Below are positions 17,336 to 25,813 of a DNA stretch of 64,000 nt, in pieces. The stretch is taken from positions 74,639 to 138,638 of IMG/VR virus record IMGVR_UViG_3300017963_000200. One strand, 5' to 3'. Positions within the stretch are counted from its first letter, which is position 1. Each line of letters begins with the position of its first letter. The stretch comes from a virus. The notes beneath the pieces are model-generated. The model was not told the origin of the DNA. It made no database searches and saw only the letters and a program-made list of their open reading frames with translations. The position numbers and the translations under genes were made by a program.

Positions 17336-18510
17336 TGGCGAACGATTTCTCAGAGCCGCGTGAATATCGACCGGCGGATCCCTACGATCCGAAGGATCCT
17401 CCTCGTTTCGGACAACTCATCGAGACGACCAAGGACGCGGTTGCCTCCGAACTTCGGAGATTCTTTGATTATCGGTCCCAGACTATGCGGGCCAAGATCT
17501 CAGAAATACCTACTATCGAGAAGTTCGCGCACATGGGGAGTGGGTCGACCGAGCGCAGCATGGAGACGGTGATGAACCTCATCATGTCCCAGGCTGACAC
17601 TCCGGATCGATTTCCAATGATTGCCATCACTTCTGCCTCGATGCGGGAGAAGCGTTTGAGCATCGGGGGCAACTTCGCCTCGGACGGCCAGTATCCTTCC
17701 AGCGTGCAGGGCACGACGCAGGGAAATGTCGATCTCAATCCCGGTTGGACGCTCCAGCTGAAGACCTATCCCTATGCCAACAGCCGAGATCCTGAACTTC
17801 GAGAGATTGCCGAAATCTCTACCATCTTGTTCGAGGAAGTCATCTTCGGAGACATCCACAACGCTTCTCCCGAAGACGTGGCGGCGGCGATCAACATGCA
17901 GGCGCTCTTCTACCACGCGGTCACGACTCCGGATGGATTCATGCGGATCGTAGCCGGCGGTCCTGCGGCGTCGGGGGTTCCTAACTCCATCGAGATCATC
18001 GGGGGTGATCCGGAATGCCTGGCGGCGCTCGGGTTCACGGTAGGGCAGTACGATACCTATGAAAATCTGGAGAATCCTCCGAAGCAGCGTTTCGTGGTGG
18101 CGGCAGAGATGACCATCAACATCGACGTGGTCACGGATTCTCTGAATACCCGGACCGAGCTGGCGGATCTTGTCTACGATTATTTCGCGTTCTACATGGA
18201 GCGTCAGTACTTCCAGATCATCGGGAGATCCTACTACAATCCTGACCTCGAACCTCCCGAGTGGTACCAGCTTATCCTCAAGGGCGAGTTCAACTGGGCC
18301 GGCGAGTATGCCACTCCGAGGGCTGGTGGCGACCAGCGCGAGCAGATATACTCCATCCGGGGTTCGGTACCTTTGATCGCTGTCGACTTCGTCAATCGGG
18401 ACGTCAATCGTGGTACCGCTACCTGGATAAAGCCCGAGAATGTTGTGTATAATCCGGAACTTCCCTCCGGAGACTACTACAATGTCCACCGGATCGACCT
18501 CGAAGAGTAG
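17335..18510 (+). CDS. Hypothetical tail/neck protein (391 aa) immediately upstream of the sheath gene.
   Basis: ATG at 17335 overlapping the previous stop (TGATG). Position suggests a tail completion or sheath-terminator-type protein. No motif recognised. Confidence 0.5.
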   Translation: MANDFSEPREYRPADPYDPKDPPRFGQLIETTKDAVASELRRFFDYRSQTMRAKISEIPTIEKFAHMGSGSTERSMETVMNLIMSQADTPDRFPMIAITSASMREKRLSIGGNFASDGQYPSSVQGTTQGNVDLNPGWTLQLKTYPYANSRDPELREIAEISTILFEEVIFGDIHNASPEDVAAAINMQALFYHAVTTPDGFMRIVAGGPAASGVPNSIEIIGGDPECLAALGFTVGQYDTYENLENPPKQRFVVAAEMTINIDVVTDSLNTRTELADLVYDYFAFYMERQYFQIIGRSYYNPDLEPPEWYQLILKGEFNWAGEYATPRAGGDQREQIYSIRGSVPLIAVDFVNRDVNRGTATWIKPENVVYNPELPSGDYYNVHRIDLEE

Positions 18511-18545
18511 TCTTCTTCCCCGTCTTTAGATTCCCGACGACTGTC

Positions 18546-18558
18546 GAGATATAATAAT
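18546..18558 (+). promoter_or_regulatory. AT-rich -10-like element GAGATATAATAA in the intergenic region upstream of the sheath gene.
   Basis: TATAAT at 18550-18555 in an otherwise 60%+ GC genome. Near-identical GATATAATAA is found at 49855-49864, and TATATAAT at 5821-5828. Confidence 0.3.
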
Positions 18559-18584
18559 CCGAGATTCAAGGGAGGTTCATCCAA

Positions 18585-21080
18585 ATGGCCATCTCGATTT
18601 CGAAATACGTCGATCCGGGCGTGTATATCCAAGAAGTGATCGCTCCTGGAGCGGTTTCTGTTTCTTCAGAACGCGTCATGTGCATCGTCGGGATCGCGCC
18701 TCGGACTCGTCGCGAAGTCGATGAACCCATCACTCGCGGGAAGGTATACGAGGAGACGCTCACCGTTGCCGCCTCGACTCCTCACACGGCCCAGCTGGTG
18801 AACGTGTCGAATCGGGACCGCAACGAGGCCAAGCTGTACCTGAACGGCAATGAGCTGGGTCTGGGAGACTGGTGGTTCCTGTCGGCCTATCTCGTAGGGA
18901 ACGAGTGGGCGGGCGCGACCATCGATGTTTCCAGTGGTACCGGAACGGCGCAGTACTTCACCATCTCCCTCGACGGCAAGCGCGTGGTCACCCTCGACAT
19001 GAACGCAGCGGTGACGGCGGTCGGTGGCGCTCCGGCTGCGGCCACGGCCACCGATATCTGCGACGCCATCAACTACGAGCTGGGCAACGCCGCCGGTACG
19101 TACTATTCGGATTACGGTGCGGATTATGCCGGCGTGGCGACCCATGCGACGGGGGCCGTGAACGAGATCATCACGATCGCGTCGCCGAGCACGACTCCGG
19201 CCTCGGATGTCAAGGTGTTCCTGTCCTTGGCGACCACCAACGACGGCGCGTCGGAGATTTCAAACGCCGCGTGGGTTCCGACCGCGACGGCAGGCATCCA
19301 GGCCTCGACCTGGATCCAGATCAAGGACGAGAGCTATATCTCGACCGCGACCTACACCCTCGACTACATTGCCATCGACATCCTGACCGATGTTCTGGCC
19401 AGCGCCACGGCGACCACGCCGCTCGACAAGATCGTCAACGTCGGGACCTACCCCGGCGGCACCTCGTTCACGAAGAACACCGACTACCAGGAGACGGGTA
19501 ACACCCTCGACTGGACCAGCACCGTCTGGGCCAATTCGACGATCACCGGTCTCACCGGTCCCTACAACATCACCGCAGCGACGAACGACAAGCTCTACCT
19601 TTCCATCAACAGCGGCACTCCGATCACCATCACGCTGACCGCAGGCGTCGGGCGCACCGCGACCCAGATCGCCGCTGACATCAACACGGCTCTGAACGCA
19701 TCGACCTACTACGGTCCGGCCTACGCGCACGTCGCTTCCGATGACGGCTTCGGAGCGATCAAGCTCGACGTTCCCGATCCTTTCGAGAACTTCCCGCAGC
19801 CGAAGGGAGCGTCCTCGTCCATCGAGTTCTTGGATACGTCCGACAACTCCTTCGCCACCCTCTTCGGCACGATCACGCTGCCCTACGAGGTCTACGGCGT
19901 CGGGCTGCGGCCCGAGTTCGGCGCGGAATATTTCGCGACCTACGACTACACGCGGCCCTCCACCGACTACGAGACGGCGCACCGCGTGTTCGATCCGGAC
20001 CAGCTCTACGAGTACACGTCTCCGTTGACCCTCGACAACTACCTGCGCAACAAGCTGTGCATTGCGGGCGAGGTCGCCTTCGAGAACGAGGCGAACAGCG
20101 TCTGGCTCGTCCAGATCAACGACTCGACCACGCCGGGCATCCCGACCCAGAACCAGATCAACGCCGCCATCGACGTCTGCGAGGAGAAGAAGGGCATCAC
20201 CGAGATCGTGGTGCTCGACACCGCTCGGGCGACGGCGGTCTACACGATGCAGCACGTTTCCGAGCAGTCGTCCATGCTGGAGAAGCATTATCGGCGCGGC
20301 TGGTACGGGATGGCCCGTGATACCGATCCTGGCGATCCGGACACACCGGACACGTTCATCTACCGGTCGACGCAGGTTCTCCAGCCGGGGAACACGTCGC
20401 CGGGTCGTGGTCGTCACGTTCTCTGCGCGCCGGGCGATGTCGAGCGCACCATCACGCTGGATACCCAGCAGGAGATCACGCTCGAACTCGACGGTACCTA
20501 CCTCGCGACCGCCGTCTGCGCTGCGTTCACGGCCCTCCCGAGCCCGTCCAGCGCTCTGATCGGCAAGTTCGTCAAGGGTTTCAACGAGGAGGGCTTCGGG
20601 ACGTACCTGCGCGGCGAGCGGCATGCGATGGCCGACAAGGGCGTCACGGTTGTGACCTTGGACGCGGGTCGCTTCGTGCTGCTCGATCCGTTGACCACCG
20701 AGGCCGGGGGCGGCAAGGTCGTCCAGTTCGAGGAGCCGTCCGCGAGCGCCCAGAAGGACGCCGTCACCGACACCATCGACAACTTGGTGTCGACCAACCT
20801 CGTCGGCGTCGTACCGGATGATCTGGCGGACTTCATCTCGGACGTCAAGAAGTGGATCATGATCGGGCTGCTCGCCCAGATCAACGCCGGCACCATCGCG
20901 CCGTACCGCGACGAGGCCGGCTTCCCGAGGGACATCGACGCTTCGAGCGACATCCAGGTGTACCAGTCGAGCACCGATCCTCGCACCTTCTATTTCAAGT
21001 ACTGGTTCAACCTGAAGTACCCGGCGAAGCGGTTCTTCGGCGAGTACAGCGTGGATAACCCCTTCTTCGCCCCGGCGTAA
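18585..21080 (+). CDS. Tail sheath protein (831 aa).
   Basis: The N-terminus MAISISKYVDPGVYIQEV matches the conserved Y-x-x-PGVY-x-x-E start of contractile tail sheath proteins. Strong RBS AAGGGAGGT. Size and position (upstream of the tube genes) are consistent. Confidence 0.8.
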   Translation: MAISISKYVDPGVYIQEVIAPGAVSVSSERVMCIVGIAPRTRREVDEPITRGKVYEETLTVAASTPHTAQLVNVSNRDRNEAKLYLNGNELGLGDWWFLSAYLVGNEWAGATIDVSSGTGTAQYFTISLDGKRVVTLDMNAAVTAVGGAPAAATATDICDAINYELGNAAGTYYSDYGADYAGVATHATGAVNEIITIASPSTTPASDVKVFLSLATTNDGASEISNAAWVPTATAGIQASTWIQIKDESYISTATYTLDYIAIDILTDVLASATATTPLDKIVNVGTYPGGTSFTKNTDYQETGNTLDWTSTVWANSTITGLTGPYNITAATNDKLYLSINSGTPITITLTAGVGRTATQIAADINTALNASTYYGPAYAHVASDDGFGAIKLDVPDPFENFPQPKGASSSIEFLDTSDNSFATLFGTITLPYEVYGVGLRPEFGAEYFATYDYTRPSTDYETAHRVFDPDQLYEYTSPLTLDNYLRNKLCIAGEVAFENEANSVWLVQINDSTTPGIPTQNQINAAIDVCEEKKGITEIVVLDTARATAVYTMQHVSEQSSMLEKHYRRGWYGMARDTDPGDPDTPDTFIYRSTQVLQPGNTSPGRGRHVLCAPGDVERTITLDTQQEITLELDGTYLATAVCAAFTALPSPSSALIGKFVKGFNEEGFGTYLRGERHAMADKGVTVVTLDAGRFVLLDPLTTEAGGGKVVQFEEPSASAQKDAVTDTIDNLVSTNLVGVVPDDLADFISDVKKWIMIGLLAQINAGTIAPYRDEAGFPRDIDASSDIQVYQSSTDPRTFYFKYWFNLKYPAKRFFGEYSVDNPFFAPA

Positions 21081-21100
21081 GAAAGGGAGGAGGCTAAGAT

Positions 21101-21547
21101 ATGCCAGTTCCGAACACGACGATTCGTAGTAGCCACGCGGTATCTCTCCGCGCCGCCGGTACTACCATCGGCCAGATCCAGACCTGGGCACCGAACCAGT
21201 CTCGGACCGTCACGCCAGCCTACGAGCTTCGGGCGGAGACCTCCGGGGAGGTCATCGAGAACGTGCCCGGCAACGTCACCGGCCTCACCATCCAGGTATC
21301 CCGCTATGACCTGTTCGCGTCGAAGATGGAGCAGGTCTGGGGTACCCCGAAAGCGCTCTGGATGCTCACCGACCAGAACAACAAGATCGAGGTCGAGGAG
21401 AAGTGGAGCAACCCGGACGGCACTAGCGAGAAGTTCATCTACTTCGACTGCTGGTTCAGCCAGCTGGGGCGCAACCTCCAGGCGCAGGGCGACCGGATCG
21501 TGATGGTCAACGCGACGTTGAACTACGCTCGTGTGCGGCCCGTTTAA
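21101..21547 (+). CDS. Tail tube protein (148 aa), first of two paralogs.
   Basis: Strong RBS AAAGGGAGGAGG. Located immediately after the sheath gene. Paralog of 21561..22169. Confidence 0.65.
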   Translation: MPVPNTTIRSSHAVSLRAAGTTIGQIQTWAPNQSRTVTPAYELRAETSGEVIENVPGNVTGLTIQVSRYDLFASKMEQVWGTPKALWMLTDQNNKIEVEEKWSNPDGTSEKFIYFDCWFSQLGRNLQAQGDRIVMVNATLNYARVRPV

Positions 21548-21560
21548 GCCGTGAGATGAG

Positions 21561-22169
21561 ATGCCCGTACCCGCCACGCAGATCCGTACCTCTCATGCGA
21601 TCTCGATCAAGGCCGGGAACCAGATAATCGGTCACATCCAATCGTGGGCTCCCAATCAGGCGCGGGCGGTGCAACCGTTCTACGAGATCAGCGCTGTCGG
21701 CACCGGGGAGCCTTTCGAAAACGTTCCCGGCATCGCGACGGGCCTGACGATTCAGATTGGCCGGTACGATCTTTTCACCAACAAGATGGAGGAGGTGTGG
21801 GGGACGCCGAAACCGTTTTGGATGTTGACGGACCAACACAATCCCATCGACATCGAGGAGAAGTGGATTCGCTTCAAGAGCGACAAGGATCCTTCCATCC
21901 CGTGGCTCGACAAGAAGGCGGGAGATCCTTTCTCGTTCGGCAAGAAGCTCAACAAGAAGGTCGAACAGGCCACGGGAGCCATCTTGAGCGCCGCTGGGGT
22001 CAAGGATGATCTGGAGGACGTTCAGGTGGGTGCCGAGTACTACGTCGAGAAGTTCTGGTATTCCGGGTGCTGGTTCAGCCAGCTGGGTCGGAATCTCCAG
22101 GCGCAAGGTGATCGAATCGTGATGGTGCACGCCACGTTGAACTATACCAAAGTACGAATGATTTCGTAA
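21561..22169 (+). CDS. Tail tube protein paralog (202 aa) carrying an internal insertion of about 55 aa.
   Basis: N- and C-terminal regions about 65% identical to 21101..21547 (MPVP..TIR.SHA; ..CWFSQLGRNLQAQGDRIVMV.ATLNY..VR). Extra segment KWIRFKSDKDPSIPWLDKK...YYVEKFWYSG. Confidence 0.65.
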   Translation: MPVPATQIRTSHAISIKAGNQIIGHIQSWAPNQARAVQPFYEISAVGTGEPFENVPGIATGLTIQIGRYDLFTNKMEEVWGTPKPFWMLTDQHNPIDIEEKWIRFKSDKDPSIPWLDKKAGDPFSFGKKLNKKVEQATGAILSAAGVKDDLEDVQVGAEYYVEKFWYSGCWFSQLGRNLQAQGDRIVMVHATLNYTKVRMIS

Positions 22170-22171
22170 GC

Positions 22172-22204
22172 GGTGCCGTAGGCACCATACCCCGCTGATG
22201 CGGG
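22172..22204 (+). promoter_or_regulatory. Two stem-loops after the tube genes: GGTGCC-GTA-GGCACC (22172-22186) and CCCGC-TGAT-GCGGG (22191-22204).
   Basis: Perfect inverted repeats. The second shares the CCCGC-N4-GCGGG stem with the hairpin at 10801-10814. Confidence 0.35.
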
Positions 22205-22224
22205 AGAGAGGAGCGAAAGCCACC

Positions 22225-22758
22225 ATGTCCGAGGAAGAAGTCCAGAATCCAAAAATGATCCTCATGGATCTTGCCAGGGAACTAGACGGCGAGACCCTGG
22301 AGCATACCTGCATGGTTCACAACCACAAGTGGACGATGCGGCTGCTCAATGAGGAGGAAAGCAACTGGCGCAACGGGTTCGTCAACATGGGGACGCGGCT
22401 GTCGGCCATCACGTCGTGGAGGCTGCCGACACTGGCCATCGGCATCCGCGCCATCGACGGCGTCCCCATCTTCGAGTTCTTCAAGGAGCAGTGGTCGACT
22501 ACCGAGGAGCTGCGCAAGGCGCTCGAAACGATGGAAGGACGCGGCAAGTTCTCGCAGAAGTACTTCGCCGCCGAGCACCTTATGGAGTTCTTGTCGAGCC
22601 GATTCCCGGAGGTCTTGGAACCGCTGTGGGAGGAATGGCAGAAGCTCGAAGAAAGGAGAGAAGGGGCGCAGGCCTCGATAAAAAAATCCTTCGGGGAGAA
22701 TTCGGGAGAGGGCACGAAGCCCTCTGGGACCGAATCTTCCCCGTCTGGAGACGAATAA
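22225..22758 (+). CDS. Tail assembly chaperone, gpG-like (zero-frame product).
   Basis: Located between the tube and tape-measure genes. ATG 22225 with RBS GAGAGGAGCG. The ATG at 22198 lies inside a hairpin. Ends TAA at 22756-22758. Confidence 0.65.
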   Translation: MSEEEVQNPKMILMDLARELDGETLEHTCMVHNHKWTMRLLNEEESNWRNGFVNMGTRLSAITSWRLPTLAIGIRAIDGVPIFEFFKEQWSTTEELRKALETMEGRGKFSQKYFAAEHLMEFLSSRFPEVLEPLWEEWQKLEERREGAQASIKKSFGENSGEGTKPSGTESSPSGDE

Positions 22759-23516
22759 CATCGAGGCTGCAAATCAAGGCCAAGATCCTGGCCCGGAGGC
22801 GTATCCCGGTCGGCGATCCTCGTTTGAAAGGATCGAATGACACTCAATGGGTCTTCGAGCTGGAATCGATGAACCTGGAGGACGAAGAGAAATTCGAGCG
22901 GGCGAATGAAATCGCCAAGGTGGTCCGAACGGAGCTGCTCAACATGTTGGGGTTGAACCTGATGCCGGTCGAGGATGAAGAGACGGGTCTTCTGCGTGCG
23001 CCTGAAGTCGAGGAGTGTGTTCCGTTGGCCTTGGCCATCGGACGCGACGAGTTCGTTCAGATGGTTCTCGAAAAACGCGACGAATTCGCTACTCAGGAGC
23101 GCGAGCGCCGCAAGCTGGAGCTGGAGGAGGCCGGCATAGTCCCGACGTACCCGACCGAGGGAGACTTCGTGGAGATGACGCCCGAAGAGCTGGACGAGTT
23201 CATGAAAAGCGACAGCGATGTCGAGTTCGAGAATACGCCCGAAGAAGTGCGCAAATTTCTCGACTGGGGTTCCAAGGAGACGCAGCTGTACCTGGAGAAC
23301 CTCGTGCTCAACAAGGATGATATCGACGAGGGTTCCCTGGACCAACAGCCGGCGCGGACCCTCGGTCAAGCTCGGCGTGATCTCATTCAGGAGCTTCAGC
23401 GGGAGCGCCAGCAGGACGGCAAGTTGATTCCGGTCAGGATCGAATCGGATTCGATCCTGGGAGGCATTCCGGAGAAGCCGGAACGTAGCAGAATCACGGT
23501 GGAAACCAGCGAATGA
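22225..23516 (+). CDS. Tail assembly chaperone gpGT-like fusion product made by a programmed -1 ribosomal frameshift: join(22225..22686,22686..23516).
   Basis: The slippery heptamer A_AAA_AAA at 22680-22686 is in the correct phase of the upstream frame. The -1 frame is open to 23516, and the translation across the site reads ...ASIKK|ILRGEFGRG.... A 6-nt spacer is followed by a 13-bp imperfect stem (22693-22705 with 22730-22742) enclosing a GAGGGC-ACGAA-GCCCTC hairpin. Confidence 0.7.
22680..22742 (+). promoter_or_regulatory. Programmed -1 frameshift cassette: slippery site A_AAA_AAA plus downstream stimulatory stem-loop.
   Basis: Read directly from the sequence (see the fusion CDS above). 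Confidence 0.7.
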
Positions 23517-25813
23517 CCGATCCCAAGGAATACCTGCTGAAGTTCGATTTCTCCGAGTTCGAAGGAGAGGCCGATCGCGTCAGCCGGGCCTACACCGACT
23601 TCGGTTCCTCGGTAAGGGAGGTCGTCAACTCGGTTTCCAACGATCTGTCGGCCCTCCAACGGGAGGCGGGTGTCGTCTCGTCCTCGGTGGCCACGTTGAC
23701 TCCGCAGATCAACCGTTCCTTCCAGTCGGCCCGGATTCAGCTTGGCCATACTGTTCGGGGGATGGATGACATTGCTCGCCACGGGGACAAGATCGCCAAC
23801 GACATGACCCGGCTCTCGGGGATGCGCCTGGGCGCTCTCGTCAACGAAGGTGGCGCTCCTCCTGGCCAATCGAAGGCGGCTGCGGAGGCGGAAGCAGCGG
23901 TCGCCACGGCTGACGTGGCCAAGGAGACTTCCGAAACTTCGGAGAAACAGTCGAAGGACGTTGAAAAGCGTATGAAGGAGGCGGATGAGGCGTCCAAGAA
24001 GCAGACCGACGCCATCACGGCCTACATCAAGGCCGAGATCAGTTCCGCCAAGGGCGCGATTCGAGGTCTTCTTTCTCACGTTCCGGGAGGCGTTCTGAGC
24101 GGTGGCGTCATCTCCGGTCTCATCGGGGCGATGATCCTCGGCTACACGGAACGAGATCGTCTCCGGGCCGAGGCCGGCGAAGTTCGAAACGTCTTCGAGG
24201 CGACAGGAGAAGCCCTCTTCGGTGGCGAAGCGCGGAGAGCTACCCGTTATTTCGCCAACTTCCAGGAGAGAGCCCAGTGGTACTTCGGGGTCGGCAGGAA
24301 GGAGACCCAGGGCGTTCTCAAAATGATGGTCGATGCCGGCTACAGGTCCAAGGAGATCATGACCGCTTTCGACAAGGACCTGGGCCGCGTGGGCGACAAC
24401 GTCACCATCGCTTCCATCGCGGTCGACAAGCACTTCAATCAGGCCACCGGCACCTCGATGCAGGGCATCATTCAGATCACGACCGAGCTGGGTGACTCGC
24501 TCGACGTCGCCACTGATAAGTACGTTCGGATCGCCTTTGCGGGGCAGCGCAGCGCGATGGGGATCGAAAAGTTCACGAACGCGGTCCTCTCGGGGGCGTC
24601 CGCGATGCAGCAATACGGTGTAGATGTTGAAGACGTGGCCGATGTGATGGGCAAGATCCAACGCCACTACCAGGACATGGGTCTGAGTCCGCAGTATGCC
24701 GGCGATCAGGCTGCGAGGGTGGTGGGAGGTCTCACACGCGGTCTGGCGAGCCTCAGCCCCGGCATGAAGGCCGTTCTCGCCCAGAGGATGTTCCCGGAGC
24801 TGAGCGCCCTCGACGCCCTTCAGAAGTGGGAGGACGGCTTCCTACGGGCAGGGAAGGGAGAGGACAACAACTTCATGCTCCGTGCGACCACGGAGCTTCA
24901 GCAGTGGGCTACCGAAGGGGGTCGGGGGCGCGCCGAGGCGATCAAGGTCATGGAGATGCAGGGCCTCGACAATCGAACCGCTGCGACCCTTCACGATCTC
25001 GGCGGCAAGATCAAGGAGCAGAACAGTCTCCAGGCCCTCACCAACGATGAGATGAAGCGCCTGTCGGACGCTTTCAAGACGGAAGGCCAGCGTGTTTCGT
25101 CCTTGGAGAAGACGCAGAAACGCCTGCGCGAGGCCATCGGGCACATCGGACGCGGTCTGCTCAAGATCCTCGTGGGCATCCTGGGGGTGCTGGCGGTCGG
25201 TCTCAAGACTATCCCGCAGGTGATCCAGGCAGCTCTGGACAAGGATGTCAACAAGGCGGCTTCCGCCATCGCGGAGGCTGGAGCCCGGCAGTCGATGCTG
25301 TTCGCCCACATGAGCGCCGGGGCCAAGGACGTCATGACCGGAGGGGGACTTCTCAAGGATGCGCTCGGTGGAGAGTTCAAATCGCTGATCGATCCCATCG
25401 AGGCCGCGTTGAGCGAGAAGTTCGAGACTCCGCAGGTCGACTGGGGTGTAGCCGTCGAGCGGAAGGCTCGGGAGCTGCTGGGACAGCAACAAGGGGGCAC
25501 CAAGGCGGTTCGGCGCGGGATGGCAGCTCCGCGACCTAGCCCTGTCGGCCTTCAGCCGGGCCAGAGGGCCGTTCTGACCGGTGAGGCTCCCAGTGGTACC
25601 AAGAATGTCCTGCGCTCCGGTCAAGCACAGATGGGGAGCGTCAGCACGAGCGTGCAGGCGACTCCTCCCCCTCCGCCTTCGACTGGCAGGGGGACCGGCA
25701 TTGTCCCGACGACACAGCAGAAGATCACCCAGCAACAGCTGACGGAGACGAGGATTTACCAAGCCGAGCATGTGCTGACATCCAGCGGCAATACGATGGG
25801 TGCGGATCCCTGA
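23513..25813 (+). CDS. Tape measure protein-like protein 1 (766 aa).
   Basis: Follows the frameshifted chaperone pair. N-terminal coiled-coil, Gly-rich TM-like hairpin (GGVLSGGVISGLIGAMILGY), and a conserved central domain (IASIAVDKHFNQATGTSMQGI...AFAGQRSAMGIEKFTNAV...QYAGDQAARVVGGL) reminiscent of phage tape-measure / minor tail protein domains. Paralogous to the next two genes. Confidence 0.6.
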   Translation: MTDPKEYLLKFDFSEFEGEADRVSRAYTDFGSSVREVVNSVSNDLSALQREAGVVSSSVATLTPQINRSFQSARIQLGHTVRGMDDIARHGDKIANDMTRLSGMRLGALVNEGGAPPGQSKAAAEAEAAVATADVAKETSETSEKQSKDVEKRMKEADEASKKQTDAITAYIKAEISSAKGAIRGLLSHVPGGVLSGGVISGLIGAMILGYTERDRLRAEAGEVRNVFEATGEALFGGEARRATRYFANFQERAQWYFGVGRKETQGVLKMMVDAGYRSKEIMTAFDKDLGRVGDNVTIASIAVDKHFNQATGTSMQGIIQITTELGDSLDVATDKYVRIAFAGQRSAMGIEKFTNAVLSGASAMQQYGVDVEDVADVMGKIQRHYQDMGLSPQYAGDQAARVVGGLTRGLASLSPGMKAVLAQRMFPELSALDALQKWEDGFLRAGKGEDNNFMLRATTELQQWATEGGRGRAEAIKVMEMQGLDNRTAATLHDLGGKIKEQNSLQALTNDEMKRLSDAFKTEGQRVSSLEKTQKRLREAIGHIGRGLLKILVGILGVLAVGLKTIPQVIQAALDKDVNKAASAIAEAGARQSMLFAHMSAGAKDVMTGGGLLKDALGGEFKSLIDPIEAALSEKFETPQVDWGVAVERKARELLGQQQGGTKAVRRGMAAPRPSPVGLQPGQRAVLTGEAPSGTKNVLRSGQAQMGSVSTSVQATPPPPPSTGRGTGIVPTTQQKITQQQLTETRIYQAEHVLTSSGNTMGADP

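Noticed and set aside
22198-22224. Upstream ATG (22198) for the tail chaperone gene.
   Set aside because: It is sequestered inside the CCCGC-TGAT-GCGGG hairpin and lacks an RBS. ATG 22225 has the GAGAGGAGCG RBS.
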